DNA from: Caecitellus pseudoparvulus
Lineage: Eukaryota; Protista; Bigyra: Bicosoecida
Direction of reading: 5' to 3'
DNA length: 64,000 bases
Assembly: GCA_965644315.1 (NCBI GenBank)
Contig: CBFFRQ010000043.1
Coordinates: 496,001-560,000, forward strand
Positions 33,301-42,921 of this stretch are shown piece by piece. A model generated the notes under the pieces. The model saw nothing but the letters and a program-made list of their open reading frames with translations, had not been told where the DNA came from and ran no database searches. The translations under genes and the position numbers were made by a program. Each line of letters starts with the position of its first letter. The first letter of the stretch is position 1.

Positions 33301-36280
33301 TCTGGAGGCCGCCAGCGCCTTCACCCCCGACGCACTGTCCGTGGTGGGGCGCCTGTTTGGCCCCATGCCTGGCGCACCAGGTGTGCAGGGCAAGGCGGCC
33401 GAGGCACTCCTAGGCCACTTCGCCAGCGCGGGGGACGGCACCATGCCCGTTGGCAGCCCGCCCCCCACACCGCTGGCCCTGCGCCACGTCATGTCTTGCA
33501 TCTCCAACACTGTCCAAAGCATGGCGGAGGTGCCTGCTCCGCTGGATGCTCAGATCCTCTCCCTGGCCATCACGACCTGCGAGTGGGCCCTGCTGTGTCT
33601 GCTGTCCAACCCCCTGGCTGGCAGCGCATCTGCGCGTGCGACGCAGCGTAACCCTTGGGAGGGCTTCACCCTGCTGCCTTCCTCAGCCCTGGCCACGATG
33701 ACTGACCAGGAACGAGAAGCATACAACGCTGACCTGCAGTGCGCCAAGGACAAGGCGGCTCTCCGCGGCTACGCGACAGCCTGCTCGTGGCTGCTGCCCC
33801 GCACGCTGGCGCTGTACGTGGCCTGCTCCACCTTGGACATGCTGAGCTACCTCATTGACACGTGGGGCAGCAGCCTGGGGGACCACCTGACGGACCCCAT
33901 CACCACTTGGCGCCTCTTTCGTGTCCTGGCCCTGGGCGTGAATACGTATGAGCAGCAGGGCGCATCGGCGGTCCTGCACCGCTCTGTGGCCCCCGTCGCT
34001 TCTGCATTACTGGCTGCCGGAGGCGTCACGCCACTGGCGGGATCCGGGACGGCGCAGCCTGCCGCAGGTGGCAGTGGCGCGGCCGCTGGCCATGCTACTG
34101 CAGGTCTACGAGGGAAGCTGGACGCGTGCCCCGATCTGAGCACCGCAGTGGGGCAAGTGGCTGCCCTGGTGCAGAATGCCAGGGGTGTGGGGGTGAGCCT
34201 CATGCCCGCGCCCATGACCCCTGCCGACTACAATGCCGACCTGGGCTACGGCGCCAGCCTGTCGGAGGAGGAGACACGCATCGGGTCCGCTGAGGAGGAG
34301 GAGTCCGATTTGAAGGACTCCTCTGGGCTGCAGGAGATGCAGGAAGCGATGGAGAGTGCCACGGCGGCATGGGCTGACTCCCTGCCCTTCGCACCGGACA
34401 TGGATGACCAAGAAGTGATGGAGGTGGGCGAAGCGTCCGCTTCTTCCGGCTGGTTTGCCCTGGGGCACGGTTCCCTGCACTCCGGCTCCCTGGCTGTGCT
34501 GGGGAACATGCTGCGGCACGCCCCCCAGTGTTTCTCTCCCAGCGCCCTCCACGAGGCTGCCTGCAAACACCTCGACAACACCCTGGACAGCATCGCTCGC
34601 GCGTTAGTGCCCTCCATTGCCCAGGATGCGCCAGTGCCGCCGCTCGCAATGCGGTTCGTTGCCCGGACAGTGCGCCGCGCGCAAGCGCTGGTGACGGGGG
34701 AGAGCTCGTGGTTGAACAGCAACGTAGGCAGTACGGGTGTGGCGGAGCACATGCTGCTGCCCTGTGCCTCCGACACGCTTCCCCCCTGCCCACTAGCCTT
34801 GCTTATGGCTATCGGGCACATCCCGCCGCACTGCCTGCAGCCTGACAGCACAGACCTCCCTCTTGCCTGGCCTGCAGAGGATCCCACTGGAGCGAGTGGG
34901 GGTGAAAACGCCCCGGCCACCCCCCGCCTGCCTTGCTGCCCCCCTGGCACCCACTTGGACTTGGTGACTGCCCTCGCACGCGACATCGCCTCGACAGCCG
35001 CCCGGTCAAGCATTGCTTTCTCCCGCAAGGCGCTGGATATTGGGGAAGCCGGCGAAGTGCCGCTGCATGTGAACAGCATGTGGGCAGCTGCCATGGCAGT
35101 GCGGTCGTTGGGCAAGCAGCTGGCTGGCAGCGTCGTCCCAGCGGACTGGGCGGCAGCCATGCCACCACCCGGCACCCCAGGCTTCTACACCGAGGAGCGA
35201 GGTGACGGCACCGAATCTTTCCGTGTGTTTAGCCTGCCAGCAGCGCTCGTCCACGCGCTGCGCATGGGGGATCCGCGGTCGCCGGGTGCAACGGCGCTGG
35301 CTCAGGGGCACCACCCAGCCCTGCGCGTCATGCCGTACATCTGGAGTCCTGATCACGACCACATGGTGATGGATGGGTCCACTAGCTCTGACGCCCCCGT
35401 GGAGTTTTCAGAGGATGACCTGCAGCAGGTGCTGCTCGGCCCGCCTGGCATGCAGGCAGTGGAAGAGAGCCACGGACAGCTGGCGGCGCAGGGCCTGGCC
35501 ATGGTGCTCATGGAGGCCATGCACCACAGTGGCGGCAGTGTCCCTTCCGCAGAGGAGGCCAGCCAGATGGTACAGCATTGGATGTTGGCGCACGCGCTGC
35601 CAGAGCACAGCACAGGCACCCCGCCTGCAGAAGTCTGGCTGCGAACGCTGATTGTCTGCCAGCTGCCCTCAGCCCTGGAGAACACTGTGCAGGGTGTGGC
35701 TGCCCTGCTCCAGAGCACATTGGAGCCCAAGGCTGCTCCTAGCGCGCCCGTGCGTGCGCTGGTTCACAGCATCTGGCTGCCGTGGTGTGCGGCCGTTCGG
35801 TGCGCTCCCTTCGTAGATGCCATGGACGAGCGCCACGCTGCGCTGTCAGCTCTGCTGCACGCTGCATGCCTGGTACCCGACGTGTGCCTTCCTGAGGAGC
35901 TAGGGTTCACGTTTGCGCCTTCAAGCAGTGCCTCTGCCGAAGCTGCGCATGCAGGTGTGTCTGTGCAGATTGCGCGACTGCAGGCGCTGTTGTCTGCACT
36001 GGCACGAGCCCAACTCAAGGCGCTTCCACCAGCGCCCTGGCTCAGTGGCTCAAGGCGGCGAGCACGAGTGCCAGCAGAGAATGTGGCCAGCATTGCCAAG
36101 TTGGCGAGGCGTGCGTTGGGCAGTGTCAGGGCTGCCATTTTCAAGTGCGTGGACGACATGGTGGCTGAGGGGCGGGTTCCAGAGCCACTTGTAGGGAAGG
36201 CAAGGGACGCCGTGTGGGCTGCCATCATGGAAGCGATCCCTCCCCGCCTGCTCAAGGTCGCCGCAGCTTTGATTCTGTGA
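30398..36280 (+). CDS. Large HEAT-repeat protein, divergent transportin-1/karyopherin-beta2-like
   Basis: About 1960-aa ORF with collinear transportin-like blocks: STLDMLSYLIDTWG, SLAVLGNML, VNSMWAAA, ALENTVQGVAAL, WLPWCAAVR...DERHAALSAL. Confidence 0.6.
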   Translation: MAGAVQLTVMRLLQEVNPELDHDVDVRARCTAAGHARAGRPTSALSQRAREALEELAGEGEAQLHWLMECLITAMGNDDLPHIRREAAIMLLDPFILELQEAGHLVEPCLQSFMSCLESPVPSLRTCGAQGFLDLHDALDQLPEYQAVLEDLCSCIVQASVEWVKSDYGTAPGKEDFELTSKQTGALLLLNFMVDEGLPLIERPWLLPAVLQLCILSPQEAACFPHRSSDIISTSQATDQARALVTRYGAALPGVQLHVGAEPASTAAGVTTVGSSWLRAPAAVADSVIFTTGQLQGEGQVKFTRTPRVLATLLLGHAFSLALAGERDWRDTILRTFAQVVVGQWLFGEGTDAVSVRKREAALSLLSFIGRETETAIDEGEEPPESVLLIPLSLPRILRLTFPAYEPSFMVRSAAVLALQGLIPVLNGLLRQADGLPATPQNKEVELVKCKYHAGLDLEGAVLRPPAQPDTQQCVLPGPWASSATPDLLLLLGGEDRARGWVSGLPPMPAWMKGSPVDPTTLVVDFLSGMMRSGAEEAAALTDTQATEGGSAAPPPPPPTAQPDAMQEAVPGSPEAHSPGGWDTLEGCGMDEGDDAFDEDVPGGDEDAPPAEEDAPVAAAPPPPGGAAAGPTSCSSDPYGSPAARGLVQGALPQSLPDLRVFAWDAYNSKYALPPGPELAAVLGLDTSDSAMVRHGADPNGALAFVLEKDAQAALNLPDSEKWSVDIDPASEPYDGSFEQQMLCALLVNNQPDCPQYWAQSMMEADAGTFRMLFRVPYRLRVAAVAATLNVALPGLVSALGAVAKHRRMSQGAIVSAWLGWHAAKGSGGFTAASSLPSLPVLGDGVEDDAWAVEADPSASSAALAAAWMAKATLRAAGAERMLTTSSSEHALLARLVGAQTMQGRWLNGSVWSAVGTIRSAHRHTVYGDVVQNVMASVGLEPTLYSIPSVSRGVLDALLPLWHRMLAPLEAASAFTPDALSVVGRLFGPMPGAPGVQGKAAEALLGHFASAGDGTMPVGSPPPTPLALRHVMSCISNTVQSMAEVPAPLDAQILSLAITTCEWALLCLLSNPLAGSASARATQRNPWEGFTLLPSSALATMTDQEREAYNADLQCAKDKAALRGYATACSWLLPRTLALYVACSTLDMLSYLIDTWGSSLGDHLTDPITTWRLFRVLALGVNTYEQQGASAVLHRSVAPVASALLAAGGVTPLAGSGTAQPAAGGSGAAAGHATAGLRGKLDACPDLSTAVGQVAALVQNARGVGVSLMPAPMTPADYNADLGYGASLSEEETRIGSAEEEESDLKDSSGLQEMQEAMESATAAWADSLPFAPDMDDQEVMEVGEASASSGWFALGHGSLHSGSLAVLGNMLRHAPQCFSPSALHEAACKHLDNTLDSIARALVPSIAQDAPVPPLAMRFVARTVRRAQALVTGESSWLNSNVGSTGVAEHMLLPCASDTLPPCPLALLMAIGHIPPHCLQPDSTDLPLAWPAEDPTGASGGENAPATPRLPCCPPGTHLDLVTALARDIASTAARSSIAFSRKALDIGEAGEVPLHVNSMWAAAMAVRSLGKQLAGSVVPADWAAAMPPPGTPGFYTEERGDGTESFRVFSLPAALVHALRMGDPRSPGATALAQGHHPALRVMPYIWSPDHDHMVMDGSTSSDAPVEFSEDDLQQVLLGPPGMQAVEESHGQLAAQGLAMVLMEAMHHSGGSVPSAEEASQMVQHWMLAHALPEHSTGTPPAEVWLRTLIVCQLPSALENTVQGVAALLQSTLEPKAAPSAPVRALVHSIWLPWCAAVRCAPFVDAMDERHAALSALLHAACLVPDVCLPEELGFTFAPSSSASAEAAHAGVSVQIARLQALLSALARAQLKALPPAPWLSGSRRRARVPAENVASIAKLARRALGSVRAAIFKCVDDMVAEGRVPEPLVGKARDAVWAAIMEAIPPRLLKVAAALIL

Positions 36281-36398
36281 AGAGCCATGCATTCAACCCA
36301 GCGCCTTGCCCCCTGCCAGCGTCACCGTGCCTGAGTTCTCAACAAGGAAATGCGGGTTTCCAGGCCCACAGCTGAAGGTAGCTGAGCAGGCGACACGA

Positions 36399-38432
36399 TC
36401 AAGGCGGTGGACGTGGATAGGCACCGCCGGTGGACTTGAGTACCACGGTGTTGGTAAGCAGGCCAGGTGACTCCTGCCCCATCAGCTTGCTCATGTCCGC
36501 CAAGCACTTCGAGCGGGTCGTCATGGCCCCTGGCTTGGTGAACTGGCCTGATGAATCAGGGGAAATCCGACGGTACGGCGCATCCAGCCACATGCTGGCG
36601 TGGCCGCTCTCGGCTGCAACGACAAAAGCGAAGCCGATGTCGTCACACTGGAACACGCGGTCCACGTATTCCCACAGCTCGTCGTAGTGGGAAGCGTACT
36701 GCACGGCATAATGCACATGGAACAACGAAGCGCCGACCAGGGCAAAGTTGAAAGCTTTCTGCTCTTTGTGCACTGATCCATGGAAGTACGTCCACTGCTG
36801 TGCCTCATCCTGCACGCCTGCACGGGCAATGAAGCCCAGGTGGCGCTGCGGCGAAGCGAGGTGGCTCCACACAGCGTCGCGGACAGCCTCCGCTGCAAAG
36901 AGCATGTCGTCATCCATGAGCATGATACTGGATGTTCGCACGCCTTGCAGGAGGTACTGCGGACTGAATCTGTTTTTCCAAGCGTTGCGCTCAGCCACGA
37001 TGGATGTGATCGGCTTCCAGGCAGGGCACTCCGGGAAGGCAGTCACAGGCAAGGGCGGGGAGTCCACATCATTGGAAATTATGAGCACTCCAAGCACTTC
37101 AGGGAGAGAGCAATATCGCTGTACCATTCGTGCCACCAGTTTGGGGCGCTTGTACGTCATAGTGACCAGCGTCACGCCTTGTCCCAGAGCAAGGCGCACC
37201 TTCTGTTCAGCTTCGGAGGGCGCCAGTGCCTCCTCCCCCGCATGGGGAGTCAACGGCAGAGGGCCAACTGGGCTAGCAAATAATGAAACCCCATCGGACA
37301 CCTGTGGCTTGTTCTCAGTCGCGGCTAGTAGGCAAGCAGCATGCTTTGGCAGCAGCTGTGCGCCCCACACGTCTTGGAGTTGGCGGGACATGAGAGCCGC
37401 ATCCGACAGAACACTCACCCCCGCCAATGGCCGCACAGCAGCTTTGTTTTCCAGCATTCGCTCCACCCAGCTCGTTCTCCAGCTGTGCGGTGGCACATGC
37501 CGGGAATCTGGGAGCCGCCAACCTGTTCTCGCGATGAGGGGCAGCTGGGACAGTATCGAAGCGTTGTTCAGGCACGCCTGCGGGGCCTCAGCAACGCCCT
37601 GTATAGCTGGAGCTCCCTCGCTTATGCGATGTCCGACGGCAAACATCTGTTTGTGGTCGCTGGCGCGCTTGGCCCCTGCAAGCGAGCTCTTTTCCTGGGC
37701 GGGCAGGGCCTTCAGCAGGGCTTGCTCAGCGACGCCATGAGTTTGATCAGGGCGGCTCAGAGAAGGAAGTGACAGCACCCATGCTGCCCTTGACGTACTC
37801 TGCACGACCTCGTGCAGGAACGCTCCTGGGTACAACTCCGTGTGCTCCGCCCAGCCAGCACGAACCATGTGAACGTCTACATGTCGTGCAGCGGCTGGAT
37901 GGGATGTCAGGACGTGCTTGAGCCTGAGAAGAGACCAGTCACTGGTATCTGCAAGAGCAACCCACGTAGCTGGTCCACCCCACGAAGCTACCGTCCGCAT
38001 GACCCGCTCTGCATCTGACAGCTTGCTGTGGATGCCTAGCCGGAGCTTTGCTTCACCGCCACCGCTACAATGGACGTCTCGCACCAAATGCACGACAAGT
38101 TCACGATTTCCCACAGAAATCAGGTGAAGGGATTCGTTTTCTGCCTTGTTGCGTCCCACAGGGACGAAGGGCTGATTCCCTGGTGCGCATCTCCATGCCT
38201 CCTTCACCGGAGATGCATCCGTCAGATCGCGACAAGGCGCTTGAAGGCTGCCGCGCAGGCGGGCTGAAGAAAGAAGCCCCGTGCTAACAAGAGTCATTGC
38301 CCCGAGGAGAAAAGCGCCAAGGGCGATACTGGGCGACGATAGGAGGCTTCGGGTTCGTGGTGAACACCCAATTCCGCAGAGAGGCTGGAGTTTTCTCCAC
38401 CTCCAGCACCACGCCCGGGGAGAGTTCAGCAT
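36399..38432 (-). CDS. Type II membrane glycosyltransferase A: degenerate GT49-like domain plus intact GT64 (EXTL2/EXT C-terminal-like) domain
   Basis: N-terminal TM helix. GT64 motifs TLVTMTYKR, NRFSP, IMLMDDD, PQRHLGFIAR, FNFALVGASLFH, YVDRVFQCDDI, RSKCL. Upstream GT49-like remnant WGGPATWV...LYPGAFLHEV...WVLSLPS. Confidence 0.8.
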   Translation of the reverse strand: MLNSPRAWCWRWRKLQPLCGIGCSPRTRSLLSSPSIALGAFLLGAMTLVSTGLLSSARLRGSLQAPCRDLTDASPVKEAWRCAPGNQPFVPVGRNKAENESLHLISVGNRELVVHLVRDVHCSGGGEAKLRLGIHSKLSDAERVMRTVASWGGPATWVALADTSDWSLLRLKHVLTSHPAAARHVDVHMVRAGWAEHTELYPGAFLHEVVQSTSRAAWVLSLPSLSRPDQTHGVAEQALLKALPAQEKSSLAGAKRASDHKQMFAVGHRISEGAPAIQGVAEAPQACLNNASILSQLPLIARTGWRLPDSRHVPPHSWRTSWVERMLENKAAVRPLAGVSVLSDAALMSRQLQDVWGAQLLPKHAACLLAATENKPQVSDGVSLFASPVGPLPLTPHAGEEALAPSEAEQKVRLALGQGVTLVTMTYKRPKLVARMVQRYCSLPEVLGVLIISNDVDSPPLPVTAFPECPAWKPITSIVAERNAWKNRFSPQYLLQGVRTSSIMLMDDDMLFAAEAVRDAVWSHLASPQRHLGFIARAGVQDEAQQWTYFHGSVHKEQKAFNFALVGASLFHVHYAVQYASHYDELWEYVDRVFQCDDIGFAFVVAAESGHASMWLDAPYRRISPDSSGQFTKPGAMTTRSKCLADMSKLMGQESPGLLTNTVVLKSTGGAYPRPPP

Positions 38433-38702
38433 GGCGGGTTAAAGAAGGTAAACAGAACAGTCTTCCGAATAGCTGAGCACCCCCCGCTGTTTCCTCCCAT
38501 GCGGATGCTTGCCTTGTTGGAAGGTGTGCAAGGTGCGCTGCGCAGAGCAGTTACTCAAAAACCTGAGTCAACACAAGCAGGAGCTGGTGCAGAGCAGCCA
38601 GGCAGTCCAGCAAGCGAGACAGAGACACGCTTGTTTGCACCCCTCATTCATTGACTGAATTGAGCACACGCACATTGACGATTTTGCTGAGAAGCAAGTG
38701 GC

Positions 38703-41700
38703 TCAAGCCGCTTCACTGGCCTTCTGGAGCACCACAACCGTGAAGGCTGCAGCATCAAGGAGGCTGAAGTGCGACCTAGACTCCTTCACAGCCATGCCCT
38801 GGGGGCCACTCTGGAGAACCTGGAGCAGGGCAGAGCCTGACTGTATGAAGGAGCGCGGGGACGACGGGTCCTCACTCGAGCGCTTGTGTGTTGAGGGGTT
38901 CTCCACACACTCGAGCAGGTCGGCAAGGTCCTCAGGCCTGACAGCAGCGCTGGAACCAGAAGTTTCTGGAAGAAGAGGAAGGGAGGAAACAAGAATGCCC
39001 CCCGGGGCGATGCTGCCCAGAACCTGCGCCAGAACGGTGCAGTGCAGCGACCCCGCGGTGTCGCCCCACATGAAGGTGCCGACCCTCACAGACGCGAGAG
39101 AGGGAGGCACCTGCACGAGCTCCTCTGAAGGCGCGGACAGTGCCTGCTTTGACGCCTGCCCGTGGCCAGAGCGGAGCCGCGGGGTGCCTGCCGAGCCACG
39201 GTCAAGCTGCGGGGGTAACGTGGCCACAGGGCGCTCGAGTTGGGCAGACCAGCCCAGACCCCCCCAACCTACGGCATCCACATCAAATACCCTCACAGCT
39301 TGGACCTGTGAGGGTTGTTCTTTAGCATGTGAGCCGCCTAGGACAGGCAGGAGCAGGCGCAGGCGCTGTGCCAACATGCCACCGCTGACGCTGGCACTGG
39401 CAGACGTTTGGGGCGTGCCAAGCGACGCTCCGCGCGAAAACACTGCGATCTCCACGCCACCCATGACGTTGGGGGTGGTGGATGCCATGGACGCAAAAAG
39501 GGCGTCTTGAGCCGCCACCAGCACGGCCCAAGACCGCTCCTCCAAATCCAGCGAGTCCGTTGCATGAGCAAGAGAAGCCAGGTTTGGCGGCCGCGCAGAC
39601 AACAACGCCACGCTGTCCACCCACCTCTGGGAGTCGGCAGGCAGCTGGCGGGCCGTCTCAGGGTGTTCCACCAACCCGGGCATGTAGCCACATGCCCGCA
39701 GCACATCTGTGTTGAGGCTGGTGTTGGCAGGCAGGGTGGGAGGCGGGCCCCACACCACGCCGGGGCCTGCCACAGTTGCTGCAACAGCAGGGTGCAGGGG
39801 CAACGCAGCGAAGGTCTTGCCCCGGGTGAGCAGGAAGGAGTTTGCGGGGCCCAGGGGAGACCAGAGCCCGCGCCCTGCAGCCAGCATGGCGCATGTCGAG
39901 ATGGCGGTCAATGGCACGGCCGGGTGAGTCCAGCTGGTGTAGGCAGTGAGTCCACCAACTGCCCTCGCGGCAGCCGCGGCGAAGGGCGGCAGCAGCCGCT
40001 GGCTGTGTGTGTGGGACACAGGGGCCACCCCCGTCGAGGTGCCAGGCGGCAGGAAGCCGGGTGCCACAGCTCGCAAGAGAGACGTCAGCTGGTGTCCTGC
40101 CAGCTGCCCCCTGGAGAAGTGGGCACACAGGGGGGGGACACACAGGGGGGCAGTGGCCTGGGTTGGCAGGGCTGTCTGGGCCTGGACGAGCCAGGCGGGG
40201 GCTTGGGGAGCGTGGGTGATCCACGTTGTGGTTTGAATCACCCGCGTCTGCACAGCTGCGCCAGCGCTGATGGACTGGCGCCAGATGGTGTCCTCTGCCG
40301 GCACGGGCAGCTGGAGGAGCCAGTCTGTGGGGTGTGCAAGCACCACCAGCGGCACGCCTTGGCGAGATGCGGCGACAGACAGCCACACGTCGGCCATGTT
40401 GGGCGCCAAGAAGTCATCCAGGGAGATGCTCAGGACGGGGGGTGTCGTGATGCGCATGGCTGCCACGCCGGTGCCGACAGCTTGGACCGGCACGTCCAGG
40501 GGCAGGGAGTCCAGCACCCTGGCATTGAAGACCCTGGCGGTGCGGTAGGGGCCAGGTGTGCGTCGGAACGTTCCACCGTGCATGGAGGTGACGGCAGTCC
40601 CACCGTACCGCAGTTGCCCGTACAGACTGCGCCTTGCATAGTTCGGCGCGTACCAGACGTCGTCATCTGCAGTGAAGTACCACGATTCTTGAGAGGCACT
40701 GCCCAGCCCATAGAACTTCCCGGCGTCGCCCAGGTCTCCGTGTGGCGTGCTGGAGTCCAAGACCGGGTGCAGCCACGCTGCTCCCTGCAAGAACCGTGGC
40801 ACGGCACCATAGCCATTCAAGTACACAGTCAGTTGGTCCACTTGGCCAGCCAGGGATGCCACTGCATGTTTGAGCTGCCCCACCCGGCGAGGCTGCGACG
40901 CCATGCCAACATGGATGGGGCCGGCCGCGGCGCCACACAGCACGGCGGCGGCCGTGCCGTCCACAAACGGCTGTGAGGCGAGCTGCTGCTCGACAGATCG
41001 TGTGACAGCAACCTGCAGAGTCTGGGGTGGAAGGTGCTGCACTGCGCACACCAAAGCAGCATCCAGGGGAGGGCGTACCACAGGCAGGCCGGCGATTTGA
41101 GACTGACGGCGAAGGTTGGTGTACGTGACTTTGGCCTGGTCTGGGCCGACCCCCGGACCACCTGTCATGCGGGGGGGGTACTGGAATCCACATGCCTCGC
41201 CGAACCGCCGGCCCAGCACAAACCCGCCGTGCCGTGCGAGCAAGTCCCAGTCCTCCTGCACAGCGGCGGGGGATACCTCCATGCTCGGTAGCCCTGGAGG
41301 GGAAAGGAGGGACCTTGCAGAGCTTGGGATGCCCGCAAGCGGCTCAGCAGCCAGAGGCATCACCCCTATCCCCACCTCTGTCCAAGCAGTGCTGTGTATG
41401 CTGCCTGCTGGGCTGCGGATGTGGCTGGGGCGAACCGCCTGCTGAGCCTTCGCTTGCGCCAGCAACCACGAATCCCTAGCTCTGGAGAGGAAAATGTCAG
41501 CAGGGCGTACGAGGTCTGGCACGACTACCAAAGCTGCAGCTGACTCCTCCACCTCCAGTGCTTGCATGGCTGCATGCAGCGCCCAGGCTGCTGCAGACAC
41601 AGAGGGAGCCGCACCGCCCGCCCCGCCCGCTCCGGCGCTTGCAGGCTCGCGAGCGAGCTCGGGGGCACAGATGTAACCCCATCCCAGAGATCGCACCCAC

Positions 41701-42575
41701 TCCCCGACGCGGTCTGCCTTGTGGGAGTCCAGGAGGGCTGCCAGCTGCTCCAAGCCACTGACGGTTCCATGCGAGGCGTGGTCAGGTCGCTGCGGCACGG
41801 CAGGCTCTTTGCACGCAGCTGAACGCGGCTGTGCCACCGTATCCAGCACCGTAACTGAATGTATGGTGTGCGGGGAGTACAGCACTTCTGCCTCAACATC
41901 CCTCAACAGGCGAACAGTGGTGTCAGGGTCACGCTGGGTGCGCACAACGACGAGCGAAACGCCCCATGCACCCTCCGCTGCCGCCACCAGGCTGCGCTGC
42001 CTTGCAATGTGCTCATGCACTCGCTGAGAGAAGTCGCCCAGGTGGGCATACTGCCAAGCACTCTGCTCCGCCATGGCCTGCTCGTAAGCCACGACAGGGG
42101 TGGCGTGCAGCGTGTCGCCGGGCTGCACTGCCCACCCAAATGATGTGACAATCACTGCTCTGACCAAGTCCTGCACGGCTCCGCCAACAGCAATGTCCAG
42201 AAGTATTAGCACAATGGCGAAGAAGGCGCATGGCACCGCCACTTTCTGCCACGTCCGCTTCCCAGGACCCCGTGGCTGGCGCAAAGTGCTGCCTCGACTG
42301 CCGGCACCAAGCTCAGGGCTGCTTGCAGGAGCCGGACCCGGCCGCCCCCGATACCGCATGTGACCATGTTGCATGCACGTGTGTGCACCAGGGCCTTCCA
42401 TCAGCCGCGCAGTGTGTTGCGGGACTGCGGCGTGGGTGAAAGTGCTGATGGACGGGCGGGGCCGAATTCCGCAAGCATGTCCCCGCGCCCCCGGGTGGCT
42501 GCAGAAGGTCGCCGGACACCGTGCGGGAGAGAGGCCTTGGTGTGGAGAATGGCAAGGGGGCTGCTTGTCATCCAT
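38703..42575 (-). CDS. Type II membrane multidomain glycosyltransferase C with KfiA/PmHS-type GT45 domain; true start may be 42359
   Basis: TM helix VAVPCAFFAIVLILLDIAV. GT45 block at about 40916-40279: MASQPRR, SLAGQVDQLTVYLNGY, DLGDAGKF, YFTADDDVWYAPNY, SMHG, VGTG, SLDDFLAPNMADVWLS, DWL. Confidence 0.8.
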   Translation of the reverse strand: MDDKQPPCHSPHQGLSPARCPATFCSHPGARGHACGIRPRPSISTFTHAAVPQHTARLMEGPGAHTCMQHGHMRYRGRPGPAPASSPELGAGSRGSTLRQPRGPGKRTWQKVAVPCAFFAIVLILLDIAVGGAVQDLVRAVIVTSFGWAVQPGDTLHATPVVAYEQAMAEQSAWQYAHLGDFSQRVHEHIARQRSLVAAAEGAWGVSLVVVRTQRDPDTTVRLLRDVEAEVLYSPHTIHSVTVLDTVAQPRSAACKEPAVPQRPDHASHGTVSGLEQLAALLDSHKADRVGEWVRSLGWGYICAPELAREPASAGAGGAGGAAPSVSAAAWALHAAMQALEVEESAAALVVVPDLVRPADIFLSRARDSWLLAQAKAQQAVRPSHIRSPAGSIHSTAWTEVGIGVMPLAAEPLAGIPSSARSLLSPPGLPSMEVSPAAVQEDWDLLARHGGFVLGRRFGEACGFQYPPRMTGGPGVGPDQAKVTYTNLRRQSQIAGLPVVRPPLDAALVCAVQHLPPQTLQVAVTRSVEQQLASQPFVDGTAAAVLCGAAAGPIHVGMASQPRRVGQLKHAVASLAGQVDQLTVYLNGYGAVPRFLQGAAWLHPVLDSSTPHGDLGDAGKFYGLGSASQESWYFTADDDVWYAPNYARRSLYGQLRYGGTAVTSMHGGTFRRTPGPYRTARVFNARVLDSLPLDVPVQAVGTGVAAMRITTPPVLSISLDDFLAPNMADVWLSVAASRQGVPLVVLAHPTDWLLQLPVPAEDTIWRQSISAGAAVQTRVIQTTTWITHAPQAPAWLVQAQTALPTQATAPLCVPPLCAHFSRGQLAGHQLTSLLRAVAPGFLPPGTSTGVAPVSHTHSQRLLPPFAAAAARAVGGLTAYTSWTHPAVPLTAISTCAMLAAGRGLWSPLGPANSFLLTRGKTFAALPLHPAVAATVAGPGVVWGPPPTLPANTSLNTDVLRACGYMPGLVEHPETARQLPADSQRWVDSVALLSARPPNLASLAHATDSLDLEERSWAVLVAAQDALFASMASTTPNVMGGVEIAVFSRGASLGTPQTSASASVSGGMLAQRLRLLLPVLGGSHAKEQPSQVQAVRVFDVDAVGWGGLGWSAQLERPVATLPPQLDRGSAGTPRLRSGHGQASKQALSAPSEELVQVPPSLASVRVGTFMWGDTAGSLHCTVLAQVLGSIAPGGILVSSLPLLPETSGSSAAVRPEDLADLLECVENPSTHKRSSEDPSSPRSFIQSGSALLQVLQSGPQGMAVKESRSHFSLLDAAAFTVVVLQKASEAA

Positions 42576-42921
42576 TGATGAGAATCGTGCCCCGCACGCG
42601 AGAATTTATTGAGGAGTGGCCCATGCTTCCGGGCGCACGTCAGCGACAAGGTTCGTGACGGGCTCCACAACGTTTGCAAGCCGCAGCGCTGTGCCTAGGA
42701 GGTGGAGTTCATGCCACGCGGTGTTTGGAAGATCAAATTCACTAGGTTCAGATTCATGCGCACCCCCAGCTTCCAGCGCTGCTTCATTGAAGTTCCACAG
42801 GCATGGTTGAGCTGCTTTGCCACCACTCACGAAGCCCAGCTGAACCCACATCAAAATGGACAAATTCCACCACGCACTCAACTCACACCCACATGGCACA
42901 CCCAATGTAGCCGCAGGCTTC

